Assembly (NCBI GenBank): GCA_038243515.1
Contig: JBBSRA010000007.1
Location: 22,373 to 86,372 of the forward strand
Origin: Bacillales bacterium
Lineage (GTDB): Bacteria > Bacillota > Bacilli > Bacillales_A > Planococcaceae
Reading direction: 5' to 3'
Length of the DNA stretch: 64,000 nt
The translations under genes were made by a program, and so were the position numbers. The notes below the pieces were generated by a model that saw only the letters and a program-made list of their open reading frames with translations, did not search any database and had not been told where the DNA came from. Shown here in pieces: positions 19,025 through 28,406 of this stretch (positions are counted from its first letter, which is position 1; each line of letters opens with the position of its first letter).

Positions 19025-20047
19025 ATGGTAAGAGAATTTGAAAAAGAAGTAATACAAGCAATGGACGAAATGTTTGAAAATGAAATGAAGAAAGTGAACG
19101 ATGCACTTGAGCAAGATCTGTTAATTTCGTTAATTGGAGAAGTAAATGCAGGGAAATCTTCCACCGTCAACAAAATCATCGGAGAAGACATTGCTAGTAC
19201 CAACCCGATGCCAGGAGAAACAGTTAGCGTAGACCCTTATAACATCAAAGGTCTCGAAAATATCAAATTTATGGATACTCCTGGATTAAATGATCCAAAT
19301 GATGAAAACCCTAAAAAAACATTGGAGTTTGTTCAGAAATCTGATGTGATTTTATTTTTCTTAAATGCAGCAGGTACGGTGTTTTCTGAAAGCGAAAAAG
19401 AAAAATTCAACGAAATTGAAAAACACAATAAAGACATTTTGATCGTCTTAAATAAAATTGATGCCGCTGAAAACATCCCATCGATTGTTAAGTTTATTCA
19501 AGATCACACGGCGAATAAATACAAAGTAATTCCGATTTCTTCAAAAACAGAAGAAAACTTGGAAACTTTAAAGAAGGAAATCCTTTTTTTGCTCGAAAAG
19601 AAGGGTAAAGACATACTCTTCGCCAAAAGCATGAAGGGAAAATCCACGGCTGCGAATCGTTGGATTATTGGTGCCGGTGTTTCAGCAGGTATCATTGGAG
19701 CTTCACCAATTCCAGGCTCTGATGTATTGCCTCTGACAACCTTACAAGCCGGATTGATCATCAAATTATCAAACCTTTATGACAAGCCATTAACTAAAAA
19801 AGCAGCGAAAGACATGATTGTTGTTACTGCGACACAAACCATCGGCCACACAATTTACCGGCAAGCTTTGAAATTCATTCCGGGAGCAGGATCTGTTATC
19901 GGTGGAACTGTCGCATCGTCTATGACGTTAGCACTCGGCTATGGGGTGAAGTATGCATATGAAAACAATATTGATATTGACTACGACATGATCGGTGCCT
20001 TATTTGTAAAATTAAAAAACCGTGATAAAAAGCTTGATAAAGGCTAA
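19025..20047 (+). CDS. Era-like GTPase fused to a DUF697/YcjF-type membrane domain
   Basis: G1 GEVNAGKSS, G3 DTPG, G4 NKID. C-terminal ASPIPGSDVLPLT...KFIPGAGSVIGG. GAAGGAG SD favours ATG 19025. Confidence 0.8.
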   Translation: MVREFEKEVIQAMDEMFENEMKKVNDALEQDLLISLIGEVNAGKSSTVNKIIGEDIASTNPMPGETVSVDPYNIKGLENIKFMDTPGLNDPNDENPKKTLEFVQKSDVILFFLNAAGTVFSESEKEKFNEIEKHNKDILIVLNKIDAAENIPSIVKFIQDHTANKYKVIPISSKTEENLETLKKEILFLLEKKGKDILFAKSMKGKSTAANRWIIGAGVSAGIIGASPIPGSDVLPLTTLQAGLIIKLSNLYDKPLTKKAAKDMIVVTATQTIGHTIYRQALKFIPGAGSVIGGTVASSMTLALGYGVKYAYENNIDIDYDMIGALFVKLKNRDKKLDKG

Positions 20048-20055
20048 AAAGAAAT

Positions 20056-20106
20056 AAAAAGACTGTCTTCGAACGTCATGTCAATGACCTTTAGGACAGT
20101 CTTTTT
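20056..20106 (+). terminator. Intrinsic terminator / palindrome
   Basis: AAAAAGACTGTC...GTCAT-gtca-ATGAC...GACAGTCTTTTT. Confidence 0.75.
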
Positions 20107-20170
20107 CAATTTTCTTGCTTCATTTAGATTTGTCATTTAACTTTAAGAGAAAGATAAACGGAGGTGCGGG

Positions 20171-20851
20171 ATGAAAATATTGGTAGTAGAAGACAATCCA
20201 AGTGTCAGTTCTATGCTAGAGCTATTTTTTTCAAAAGAAGGCATTACCGGAGACTTTGCAACAGATGGGTTAGAAGGTTACCGGAAATACAAAGCAGGTC
20301 AATACGATTTGCTAATTCTGGACTGGATGCTTCCGGGGATGGACGGGATTGCGCTATGTCGAAAAATTCGAGAAGAAGGAAGTTCTGTTCCTATCATCAT
20401 GCTGACTGCAAAAGACAGTGAATCCGATCAAGTCATTGGATTTGAAATGGGGGCGGACGACTATGTGACAAAACCGTTTAGTCCGTTAACTTTGATGGCA
20501 CGTATTAAAGCCGTTACGCGCCGCACACAAAAAACAGAACCCGTGTCAGATTTGATTCAAACCGTTTATTTTACGGTCAATAAAGAAACACGTAACATTT
20601 TAAAAGATGGCCGAGAAGTGGATAGCCTAACACCTAAAGAATTTGATTTGCTGGTGTTTTTTCTGCAACATCCAAAGCAAGTGTTCAGCCGCGAACAATT
20701 ATTAGAACAAGTATGGGGATATCAGTTTTATGGTGATGAACGAACTGTAGATGTTCACATAAAACGCTTGCGCAAAAAAATAAATGGCGGAGATAAGCTG
20801 TTCCATACAGTATGGGGAGTTGGCTATAAATTTGAAGAACATGCGGATTAA
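20171..20851 (+). CDS. yclJ: OmpR-family response regulator (YclJ orthologue)
   Basis: LDWMLP, LTAKDSESDQVIGFEMGADDYVTKPFSPLTL and EQVWGYQFYGDERTVDVHIKRLR closely match B. subtilis YclJ as I recall it. Confidence 0.85.
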   Translation: MKILVVEDNPSVSSMLELFFSKEGITGDFATDGLEGYRKYKAGQYDLLILDWMLPGMDGIALCRKIREEGSSVPIIMLTAKDSESDQVIGFEMGADDYVTKPFSPLTLMARIKAVTRRTQKTEPVSDLIQTVYFTVNKETRNILKDGREVDSLTPKEFDLLVFFLQHPKQVFSREQLLEQVWGYQFYGDERTVDVHIKRLRKKINGGDKLFHTVWGVGYKFEEHAD

Positions 20852-22235
20852 GTATTTTTATCAGCTGATCGCCAGCCACATGAGTATTTTGTTGATTGCT
20901 TTTTTGATATTAAGTATTTTGTTCGTTCGCTATGTTGACGACTTTGCCTATAATGAAAAAGCTGAAGAACTTGAGGCATACGGCAGTCAAATTATTAAAG
21001 AGCTCGAACAGGCACGCCCAGGAACTAATTTACAATCCTATGTCTCCATCTTGAACGCGCAAAATATCAGCTTTATTGTTTTTGATCAACAAAGCCGTAT
21101 TTTGTATCCTGTATCAGGCGCTTTTCCGCCTGTAGAACTAACACCAGAAGAATGGAATATAATCGAACAAGGCGAGACATTAACTGTCAATCGTGACGTC
21201 GAGCGATTTGAACTTACGGTCACATTTGTAGCAATGCCCTATTTCGAAAATGGTCAATTAGCTGGAGGCGTTCTTCTCGCTTCGCCGATTAGTGGTGTAA
21301 GCGAGATGATTGCCGAGTTGAACAAAACGTTAGTCACAACGATTTTAATTGCGCTGGCTATAGCGTTGCTTCTAAGTTTAGGACTGTCAAAAATGCATGT
21401 TAGCCGAATCGAACGCATGCGAAAAGCAACCTCGATGATTAGCGAAGGCCATTACGATGTGAATTTGCCGGAATCGAATTTTGATGAATTTGGTGATTTG
21501 GCACATGACTTCAATAAAATGGCTGCCAAACTTCAGCAATCAAATGAAGAAATTGATCGACTTGAAAATCGTCGTCGTCAATTTATGGCAGATGTTTCAC
21601 ATGAGATGCGAACGCCTTTAACAACCATTGCAGGAATTATGGAAGGTCTGCGAAATAACATGATTGAAGAAGATCAACGAGAAAAAGGCATTCGCTTAGC
21701 AAGTGAAGAAACAAAACGGCTTATGCGTTTAGTGAATGAAAACTTAGATTACGAAAAAATTAGATCCAGTCAAGTTACGTTAACAAAAGAAGAAATCGAA
21801 GCGGATGAACTTTTGGAGATTATTCAAGAACAGCTTTATTTGCAAGCAAAAGAAAAAGGCGACCAAATTGTCATTCGGACAAACCCAGGAGATATAATTT
21901 ATGGAGATATGGATCGCTTGATTCAAATTTTGATGAATATCGTCAAAAATGCCATTCAGTTTACTGATGATGGCACGATCACAATCTCGACGCATTCTGA
22001 AAAAGACCAGATGGAAATCACAGTAGAAGACGATGGAGCAGGAATTGATGTAGAAGAAATTGATCTTGTCTGGCGCCGCTTTTATAAAGCGGATTTATCA
22101 CGTGGTAGCGGACAGTTTGGACTCGGCTTATCCATTGTTAAACAACTGGTTACGCTCCATGATGGAGAAATACATGTTGAAAGTCAAAAAGACCAAGGGA
22201 CGAAATTTAGTATTCAGTTGCCCCATAAAAAATGA
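20841..22235 (+). CDS. yclK: HAMP-containing sensor histidine kinase (YclK-like)
   Basis: Two TM segments, DVSHEMRTPL H-box, NIVKNAIQF, DDGAGI and FGLGLSIV. ATG 20841 overlaps the regulator stop. Confidence 0.85.
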   Translation: MRIKYFYQLIASHMSILLIAFLILSILFVRYVDDFAYNEKAEELEAYGSQIIKELEQARPGTNLQSYVSILNAQNISFIVFDQQSRILYPVSGAFPPVELTPEEWNIIEQGETLTVNRDVERFELTVTFVAMPYFENGQLAGGVLLASPISGVSEMIAELNKTLVTTILIALAIALLLSLGLSKMHVSRIERMRKATSMISEGHYDVNLPESNFDEFGDLAHDFNKMAAKLQQSNEEIDRLENRRRQFMADVSHEMRTPLTTIAGIMEGLRNNMIEEDQREKGIRLASEETKRLMRLVNENLDYEKIRSSQVTLTKEEIEADELLEIIQEQLYLQAKEKGDQIVIRTNPGDIIYGDMDRLIQILMNIVKNAIQFTDDGTITISTHSEKDQMEITVEDDGAGIDVEEIDLVWRRFYKADLSRGSGQFGLGLSIVKQLVTLHDGEIHVESQKDQGTKFSIQLPHKK

Positions 22236-22265
22236 GCTAGGGTTATCATTCCTAGCTCATTTTTT
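22227..22265 (+). terminator. Intrinsic terminator after yclK
   Basis: AAATGAGCTAGG...CCTAGCTCATTTTTT. Confidence 0.85.
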
Positions 22266-22299
22266 ATATAGAAAAATTTGCATCTTTGTTAAAACTCTA

Positions 22300-22320
22300 G
22301 TCATAGTTTATTCATAATTG
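22300..22320 (+). promoter_or_regulatory. Putative YclJ-binding direct repeat
   Basis: GTCATAGTTT-a-TTCATAATTG: 11-nt period, resembles the reported TTCATANTTT YclJ motif, and sits just upstream of a TG-TAAGCT -10-like element. Confidence 0.6.
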
Positions 22321-22357
22321 CTTGGTAAGCTATGACTAACGAATAAGAAAAGAGGTA

Positions 22358-23230
22358 ATGACTATGAAGAAAATAATCTATATTTCGATTGGTGCATTAG
22401 CGGCAACCGCTATTTTTATATTGGCTGCTTTTAATGGTGACGAAACAGTAGCCACAGTAGGAGATAAAGAAATAACAAAAGATGCTTTATATGAAAAGCT
22501 AGTGGCGTCTTCTGGAGCAGCGACACTTGATGCGATGATTTCCAACGAAGTGGTCAACCAAGAAGCGGATCAAGCTAACGTTAAAGTAACGCAGGAAGAA
22601 GTCGATGCAGAACTGACTATATACGAAGAAAATTATGGCGGGACAGAAGCTTTAAAAGAAACTCTCGCAGCTAGTGGAATGACAGTCGAAAGTTTAAAAG
22701 ACGAAATAAAAACGTATTTGAAAGTTGAAAAAATAGTCGGACCAACTATCAACATAACAGACGAGCAAATCAGCACTTATTTCGAAGACAACAAAGCAAC
22801 ATTTGAACAAGCTTCAACAGTAGAAGCAAATCATATATTAGTTGAAACACAAGAGCAAGCAGCCGAAGTAAAAGCAAAATTAGACGATGGTGGTGACTTT
22901 GCCAAACTAGCAGCCGAATATTCGACAGACACAAGTAATGCTGAAAATGGCGGAGCATTGGGTGAATTTGGTATAGGAGAAATGGCGCCGGAATTTGAAG
23001 AAGCTGCATTTAGTATGAAAGTAGATGAAATCAGTGAGCCTGTAAAAACAGATTTCGGTTTTCATATCATCCAAGTAACTAGTAAAACAGAGGCAGCTAA
23101 AGCTACTTTAGAAGACAGTAAAGACGAAATTAACGAAATTTTATTTGATGAAGCATTAAACACAAAATATGCTGAATGGTTAGCGGAAAAAACAGAGTCA
23201 TACAAAATTGTCAATAAGTTGACAGAATAG
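22358..23230 (+). CDS. prsA: PrsA-like parvulin peptidyl-prolyl isomerase (foldase)
   Basis: [32 protein letters not shown] and [11 protein letters not shown] motifs. Confidence 0.85.
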   Translation: MTMKKIIYISIGALAATAIFILAAFNGDETVATVGDKEITKDALYEKLVASSGAATLDAMISNEVVNQEADQANVKVTQEEVDAELTIYEENYGGTEALKETLAASGMTVESLKDEIKTYLKVEKIVGPTINITDEQISTYFEDNKATFEQASTVEANHILVETQEQAAEVKAKLDDGGDFAKLAAEYSTDTSNAENGGALGEFGIGEMAPEFEEAAFSMKVDEISEPVKTDFGFHIIQVTSKTEAAKATLEDSKDEINEILFDEALNTKYAEWLAEKTESYKIVNKLTE

Positions 23231-23243
23231 GAAGTGTATAAAA

Positions 23244-24437
23244 ATGGGATATTACAATTCAACAGAATCAGGAAAGAGTAAAAAAGGATATTTTGCTTCT
23301 AGCTTTACGGGATTGATTGCAGGCGCTTTATTAGTAGGTGTTATTTTGCCAAGTGTAACAGATGGAGAAATTGAGAGTGTTGCAGCAACATCAAGCAATC
23401 AGGCAGTTAGCGGATTACAAACAAGTTCAACAGTTGTTACTTCAGATGTAACAGAAATTGTAGAAGAAACTTCAAGTGCTGTTGTTGGAGTTACCAATTT
23501 ACAAGTGGTACAACAAAATCCATTTGCTTCACAAACGAGTCAGAAAAAAGAGTCGCAAGAAGCAGGAGTAGGATCAGGCGTTATTTATAAAAAAGACGGG
23601 AATATGGCTTACATCGTTACTAATAACCATGTAGTTGAAGGAGCACAAGACGTTATGGTCACTCTAGAGGATGGAACCGAACTTGATGCCGAAGTTCTCG
23701 GAACAGATATTTGGACCGACTTGGCCGTCTTAAAAGTATCGGGAGAAAATATTGAAACCGTTGCGGAATTCGGAGATTCATCGGTATTGCAAGCAGGAGA
23801 ACCCGTGATTGCAATTGGTAATCCACTTGGTCTACAGTTTTCAGGATCCGTAACGACTGGTGTTATTTCAGGAACCGAGCGTTTAGTACCGCTTGATATT
23901 AACCAAGACGGGACAGAAGATTGGCAGTCTGAAGTTCTTCAAACCGATGCGGCTATCAATCCCGGAAATAGTGGCGGTGCGTTGATCAATTCACAAGGAC
24001 AGTTGATTGGTATTAATTCCATGAAAATTTCTCAAGAGGCCGTAGAAGGAATTGGATTAGCGATTCCAATCAATACTGCAATTCCAGTTATTTCAGACTT
24101 AGAATCAGAAGGTGCTGTGCATCGTTCATCTATGGGTGTCTCTATTTTAGATTTAGCTGAAGTCCCAGCACAATACCGTAGTAGCCAGTTAAACTTGCCT
24201 ACAGATGTGGAAGAAGGAATTGTTGTTCAAACAGTGGTTGAAGATTCAGGAGCAGCACAAGCGGGAATGGAAGCGTATGATGTTATTGTTGAATTAGATG
24301 GAAAACCGGTGCGTTCTGTATTAGAACTTCGTCAGTATTTATACAATGAGACAAAAGTTGGCGATACTTTAGACGTGAAAGCGTATCGAAACGGTGAGCT
24401 TCAAAAATTCGAATTGGTATTAAGCGAAAATAAATAA
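23244..24437 (+). CDS. htrA: HtrA/DegP-family serine protease with PDZ domain
   Basis: GSGVIY, TNNHV, DLAVLK, QTDAAINPGNSGG and a C-terminal PDZ domain. Confidence 0.93.
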   Translation: MGYYNSTESGKSKKGYFASSFTGLIAGALLVGVILPSVTDGEIESVAATSSNQAVSGLQTSSTVVTSDVTEIVEETSSAVVGVTNLQVVQQNPFASQTSQKKESQEAGVGSGVIYKKDGNMAYIVTNNHVVEGAQDVMVTLEDGTELDAEVLGTDIWTDLAVLKVSGENIETVAEFGDSSVLQAGEPVIAIGNPLGLQFSGSVTTGVISGTERLVPLDINQDGTEDWQSEVLQTDAAINPGNSGGALINSQGQLIGINSMKISQEAVEGIGLAIPINTAIPVISDLESEGAVHRSSMGVSILDLAEVPAQYRSSQLNLPTDVEEGIVVQTVVEDSGAAQAGMEAYDVIVELDGKPVRSVLELRQYLYNETKVGDTLDVKAYRNGELQKFELVLSENK

Positions 24438-24440
24438 GAT

Positions 24441-24477
24441 AAAAAAAGACTTCCTGTTTTTCAGGAAGTCTTTTTTT
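24441..24477. terminator. Bidirectional terminator
   Basis: AAAAAAAGACTTCCTG-ttttt-CAGGAAGTCTTTTTTT. Confidence 0.9.
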
Positions 24478-24514
24478 ATATGGACATGTTCTATAAATTA
24501 ATAAGGTGAGAAAA

Positions 24515-24718
24515 TTAATCGACAATTCCAAACCAATCCGTACCGATTCCAAAAGCGACAAGAATAAGAATCAAAACAATAAAGATGACAGATCCAATTT
24601 GCAAAGGATTATATCCTTTTACTCGCGGCTCTTGTATTCCTTGTTTCTGGTCATTTGGCCGATTTTTGGCTTCTGTCTCAGTGGCTTCTACATAATCTTT
24701 TTTTTCATTTTCACTCAT
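24515..24718 (-). CDS. Small membrane-anchored hypothetical protein (67 aa)
   Basis: GAGGAGG SD, acidic/polar N-terminus, a single C-terminal TM helix, and a sigma-B-like promoter upstream. Confidence 0.75.
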   Translation of the reverse strand: MSENEKKDYVEATETEAKNRPNDQKQGIQEPRVKGYNPLQIGSVIFIVLILILVAFGIGTDWFGIVD

Positions 24719-24752
24719 TTCATTGCCTCCTCATACTTGCTATTGTTTTTAA

Positions 24753-24778
24753 GTACCCTTTTATTTATAAACTTAACC
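24753..24778 (-). promoter_or_regulatory. Sigma-B-type promoter for the 67-aa ORF
   Basis: GGTTAA-N14-GGGTAC on the minus strand. Confidence 0.6.
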
Positions 24779-25477
24779 CATAACCTTTTCTTCTGCTTGC
24801 AATTCACGATCTGTTAATTTTTTAGCTAGTTCGCGACCAAAAAGCTCAGAAGACTGCGGGTCGCGTCCTGTAAGAATTTGTTTGCTGCCCCAAACTACAT
24901 AAGCATCATGATCTTTTTCTTCGTGGTAGTTCCCAATTTTACTCAATTCGTCTTCGAGACTGAAAGGAAGTAAGTCGACTACTTCTTTTGGTTCTTTATC
25001 ATTTGGATAGCCGGTTACTTTCAAGCCTTCAAGTAAAGCACGGCCTTCTTTAGTTTTTGTGTAAAGGAGTGGTGCGGGTCCGTGACAAACTGCTGAGACA
25101 ATGCCGCCTAGTTCATAAACAACATTAATCACGGCATGCAAGTCTTCATTACGCGCCAAGTCAAACATGGCTCCGTGTCCACCAACAATCATAATCGCAT
25201 CGTAGTCACTGGCTTTAACGTTAACAATCGCTGTAGTTTTATCTGCAATACCTGAATCGTATTGTTTTTGATAAATACCAGTTGGGTCCGCTTCTTTGCT
25301 CAAACTTATTGGATCAACAACTGGTTTGCCTCCATCAATCGAAGCAAGTTCTACTGTGTGACCTTTTTTTTCAAGCTCTAAAGAAGGCGCAAACAACTCT
25401 TCTGCCCACCAGCCTGTTACGTAATTATGTTCTTCGTTTGTATAACCACTTGATAATACTGCTAATACTTTTGCCAT
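24773..25477 (-). CDS. DJ-1/PfpI (type 1 glutamine amidotransferase-like) protein, Hsp31/glyoxalase III-like
   Basis: GWWAEEL, VGGHGAMFD, SAVCHGPA and TGRDPQS motifs. CAGGAGG SD before ATG 25477. Confidence 0.85.
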   Translation of the reverse strand: MAKVLAVLSSGYTNEEHNYVTGWWAEELFAPSLELEKKGHTVELASIDGGKPVVDPISLSKEADPTGIYQKQYDSGIADKTTAIVNVKASDYDAIMIVGGHGAMFDLARNEDLHAVINVVYELGGIVSAVCHGPAPLLYTKTKEGRALLEGLKVTGYPNDKEPKEVVDLLPFSLEDELSKIGNYHEEKDHDAYVVWGSKQILTGRDPQSSELFGRELAKKLTDRELQAEEKVMG

Positions 25478-25517
25478 GTGATCTTCCTCCTGTTTGAAAA
25501 ATTCCTTTGTTGTACAT

Positions 25518-25542
25518 TTACCCTGTAACAAAATCCTGAAAC
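25518..25542 (-). promoter_or_regulatory. Sigma-B-type promoter for the DJ-1/PfpI gene
   Basis: GTTTCA-N13-GGGTAA on the minus strand. Confidence 0.75.
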
Positions 25543-25628
25543 GTGACAGCAAAGGAGTTTTTGGATTTGAGTTCATGGGTATGCTAGGGTTATCGTATAA
25601 AAGAAGACAAAAGGAAGAGGTGCATCAC

Positions 25629-26435
25629 TTGAGAAAACTAAATCAGGACATCCAAGTGACTTTGTTGGAAGCGATGCTAGATGGCAGCAAAGTAGGCACG
25701 ATTGTGACAGATCCGTCGCAACCGGATAATCCGATTATTTATACAAATAACACACTTGTTCAAATGTGTGGCTATACAAAAGAAGAAATGATTGGACGTA
25801 ATTGTCGTTTTCTTCAAGGGCCAGATACAGTAAAAGCAGATGTTGATAAAATTAGAAAAGCTATTGCCAAAGAAGAAAAAGTTGTTGTGACTTTGAAAAA
25901 TTACCATAAAGATGGTTCGCCATTTTGGAATCGTCTCGCTATTGAACCGATTCGAATTGAAGACAAGCTGTATTTTATTGGAACGCAAACAGATGTTACG
26001 CTAGAATACACTCAACAGCAAGAGCTTATCGCTAATGAAGATGAAATTGAAAAGTTGATGTTGCCTATTTTATCCGTTCAAGAAAATGTAGCAACCGTTG
26101 CACTAGTCGGCACAATGAATTTTCATCGTTTTGAAACGTTAAAAGTGAAAATTTGTGAATATGTTCAAGAACATCGCATTGAATATGCGATTATTGATAT
26201 TACTGGATTGTCTTGGAATGAAAAATCACCACTTTTTTGGTTTACACAAATTTACGATGCCCTGCGGATTATGGGAAGTAAATTATACGTAACAGGTATT
26301 TCTGTAAAAGCGGCACACCAATTTGCTAAAGACTTAGATTGGAGCAGTGGATTGGTTACGTTTTCGACAATTGAAAGAGCATTAGACTATATTGCAAAAA
26401 CAGAAAACAATAAAGTTGAAGAAACAAATAAGTAA
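25629..26435 (+). CDS. ytvA: LOV-STAS blue-light photoreceptor (YtvA-like)
   Basis: LOV signature GRNCRFLQG, NYHKDGSPFWN and a C-terminal STAS domain (IIDITG). Likely start is TTG 25629 after GAGGTG. Confidence 0.9.
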   Translation: MRKLNQDIQVTLLEAMLDGSKVGTIVTDPSQPDNPIIYTNNTLVQMCGYTKEEMIGRNCRFLQGPDTVKADVDKIRKAIAKEEKVVVTLKNYHKDGSPFWNRLAIEPIRIEDKLYFIGTQTDVTLEYTQQQELIANEDEIEKLMLPILSVQENVATVALVGTMNFHRFETLKVKICEYVQEHRIEYAIIDITGLSWNEKSPLFWFTQIYDALRIMGSKLYVTGISVKAAHQFAKDLDWSSGLVTFSTIERALDYIAKTENNKVEETNK

Positions 26436-26458
26436 AATTGCTGAAAATAGGTAAATGC

Positions 26459-26488
26459 AAAAAAAACCCGGCAAACGCCGGGTCTTTT
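26459..26488. terminator. Bidirectional terminator
   Basis: AAAAAAAACCCGGC-aaac-GCCGGGTCTTTT. Confidence 0.85.
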
Positions 26489-26492
26489 CACG

Positions 26493-27368
26493 TTATGAAC
26501 TAATATAATCGCCGCCATTAATATGAATAGCTTGTCCTGTCACATAAGTAGAATCTTTAGAAGCTAGATATACGTAAGCAGGAGCCAGCTCGGAAGGCTC
26601 TCCACGTCGTTTTAATAAAGTGTCTTGACCATGCTGTTGAACTTTTTCTGCGTCGAAAGTTGAAGGAATCAATGGTGTCCAAATGGGACCTGGTGCGACT
26701 GAATTTACACGAATTCCTTGGTTGGCGATATTAGCAGAAAGTGAGCGAGTAAAGCTTGTAATCGCGCCTTTAGTTGCAGAGTAGTCAATCAGCCCAGGAG
26801 ATCCTTGGTAAGCGGTCACAGAAGACGTGTTAATGATGCTGTCTCCCTTTTGTAAATGAGGAAGAGCCGCTTGCGTCAAATAAAACATGCTGAAAATATT
26901 CGTAGCGAATGTTTCCATTAATTGATCAGGACTGATGGCTAAAAAATCTTCTTGCGGAAACTGCTTTCCAGCGTTATTTACTAAAATATTTAATTGACCA
27001 AATTCAGCAAGTACATCCACAATAAGTTGATTGCAATTTTCAACATCACTCAAGTCTGAAGCGAATTTTATTCCTTTAACTCCATAAGACTCGATTACTT
27101 GGATGGTTTTATCAGCATCTTCGTGCTCATCAAGGTAGGCAATGGCGACATTTGCACCTTCTTTGGCATAGGCTACTGCAACTGCTCGTCCAATACCACT
27201 GTCTCCTCCTGTAATAAGTGCAACTTTGCCTTCTAATTTTCCTGAACCTACATAATCTTTATCGTCATAAATCGGTTTGGGGTGCATTTGTTCTTCTGAA
27301 CCAGGTTGTGTGGATTGATGTTGGGGTTCAACTTGTTCATCTGTTTTTTCGAATTTATCTTTCGTCAT
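26493..27368 (-). CDS. SDR oxidoreductase, general stress protein type (YdaD/YhxC-like)
   Basis: QHQSTQPG leader, GSGKLEGKVALITGGDSGIG, NNAG, YSATK and VAPGPIWTPLIP. GAGGAGG SD before ATG 27368. Confidence 0.9.
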   Translation of the reverse strand: MTKDKFEKTDEQVEPQHQSTQPGSEEQMHPKPIYDDKDYVGSGKLEGKVALITGGDSGIGRAVAVAYAKEGANVAIAYLDEHEDADKTIQVIESYGVKGIKFASDLSDVENCNQLIVDVLAEFGQLNILVNNAGKQFPQEDFLAISPDQLMETFATNIFSMFYLTQAALPHLQKGDSIINTSSVTAYQGSPGLIDYSATKGAITSFTRSLSANIANQGIRVNSVAPGPIWTPLIPSTFDAEKVQQHGQDTLLKRRGEPSELAPAYVYLASKDSTYVTGQAIHINGGDYISS

Positions 27369-27408
27369 TATAAATCCTCCTCTAGTTTTAAATAGCATTA
27401 AGTTGATT

Positions 27409-27433
27409 ATTCCCGTAGATGGTCCACTTAAAC
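27409..27433 (-). promoter_or_regulatory. Sigma-B-type promoter for the SDR gene
   Basis: GTTTAA-N13-GGGAAT on the minus strand (consensus match). Confidence 0.8.
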
Positions 27434-27465
27434 ACATCAAGTTAGAACTTTAGAGTCGGACTTCT

Positions 27466-27505
27466 AAAAAAGGCATTACCCTCTTTAGATGGGCAATGCC
27501 TTTTT
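27466..27505 (-). terminator. Terminator after sodC
   Basis: AAAAAAGGCATTACCC...GGGCAATGCCTTTTT. Confidence 0.8.
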
Positions 27506-27528
27506 ATGCGTCTTTATTTAAAGTACAT

Positions 27529-28164
27529 TTATTTTACGGTAATAACTCCACAAGCAATGCGGTCTCCAGAGTCACCAGAAGGGTCAGTTTTTTGATCATC
27601 TTCTCCTGCATGAATCAAAAGAGCAGTTCCGCCTTCTTTAAGTAATGAATTTTCTTCGCCAATTTCAAGTGTCACATTTTCAGCTAAAAATTCTTGTGAA
27701 GCAGTGCCATCTTCGCTTACTTCAAGATTTGGTAAGTCACCAGCATGCGGGCCATCGGGATTGTCCATGCCGTGCATAGTGGTTTCTGGGTTAAAGTGAT
27801 CACCAGCTGATTTGAAATCAGGCGTTTCACACATTCCTTCTTGGTGGAAATGAATACCGTGCAGGCCTTGTTCCAAATTATCAACTTGAAGTGCTACCGC
27901 AACACCATTATCTTCTTCGGTCAATTCGGCAGTACCAACTGCATCTCCGTCACTATTCATGAGTTCGACAGTTACTAAAAGAATTTCACCATCGTTACTA
28001 GTCGATTCGCCTTCAGTTGAATCCTCACTAGTTGAATTGTCTTCGGTAGTGTCTTCTGTTGCACCATCAGATTCTGTTGGTACGTCTTCTGTAGAATCAT
28101 TGCCACAAGCTGCTAGAAATACTAAAAAGGTCAATATTAAACCGAGCAAAAGCCAACGCTTCAT
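27529..28164 (-). CDS. sodC: Cu/Zn superoxide dismutase family lipoprotein
   Basis: Lipobox LAAC, HGIHFH, GDHFNP, HAGDLPN and RIACG motifs. Confidence 0.9.
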   Translation of the reverse strand: MKRWLLLGLILTFLVFLAACGNDSTEDVPTESDGATEDTTEDNSTSEDSTEGESTSNDGEILLVTVELMNSDGDAVGTAELTEEDNGVAVALQVDNLEQGLHGIHFHQEGMCETPDFKSAGDHFNPETTMHGMDNPDGPHAGDLPNLEVSEDGTASQEFLAENVTLEIGEENSLLKEGGTALLIHAGEDDQKTDPSGDSGDRIACGVITVK

Positions 28165-28313
28165 CTGAATCCCTCCCTTAATTTCGTCTTACTGTTCATT
28201 ACACTTTAATGCGTGAGAGTAAACGTGATTTTTCAAAACCGATTCTTTTGTAGGAGAAGAAATTTCATCTCAAGCCTTGCTTTGCCAGATGCTCTATTTT
28301 AACTTGTATAAAC

Positions 28314-28367
28314 AAAAAAAGACCTACCGACTCTGACTTATCGTGAAAGTCAGAGTCGGAAGGTCTA
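28314..28367 (-). terminator. Terminator after yfhO
   Basis: AAAAAAAGACCT.CCGACTCTGACTT...AAGTCAGAGTCGG.AGGTCT. Confidence 0.8.
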
Positions 28368-28406
28368 AGACAAGATCAGGAGGTAGGGCTGTTTTCGATA
28401 AGACGT

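Noticed and set aside
27959-28110. Low-complexity acidic Ser/Thr/Glu/Asp stretch in sodC
   Set aside because: It is a normal flexible linker after a lipobox, not a repeat element.
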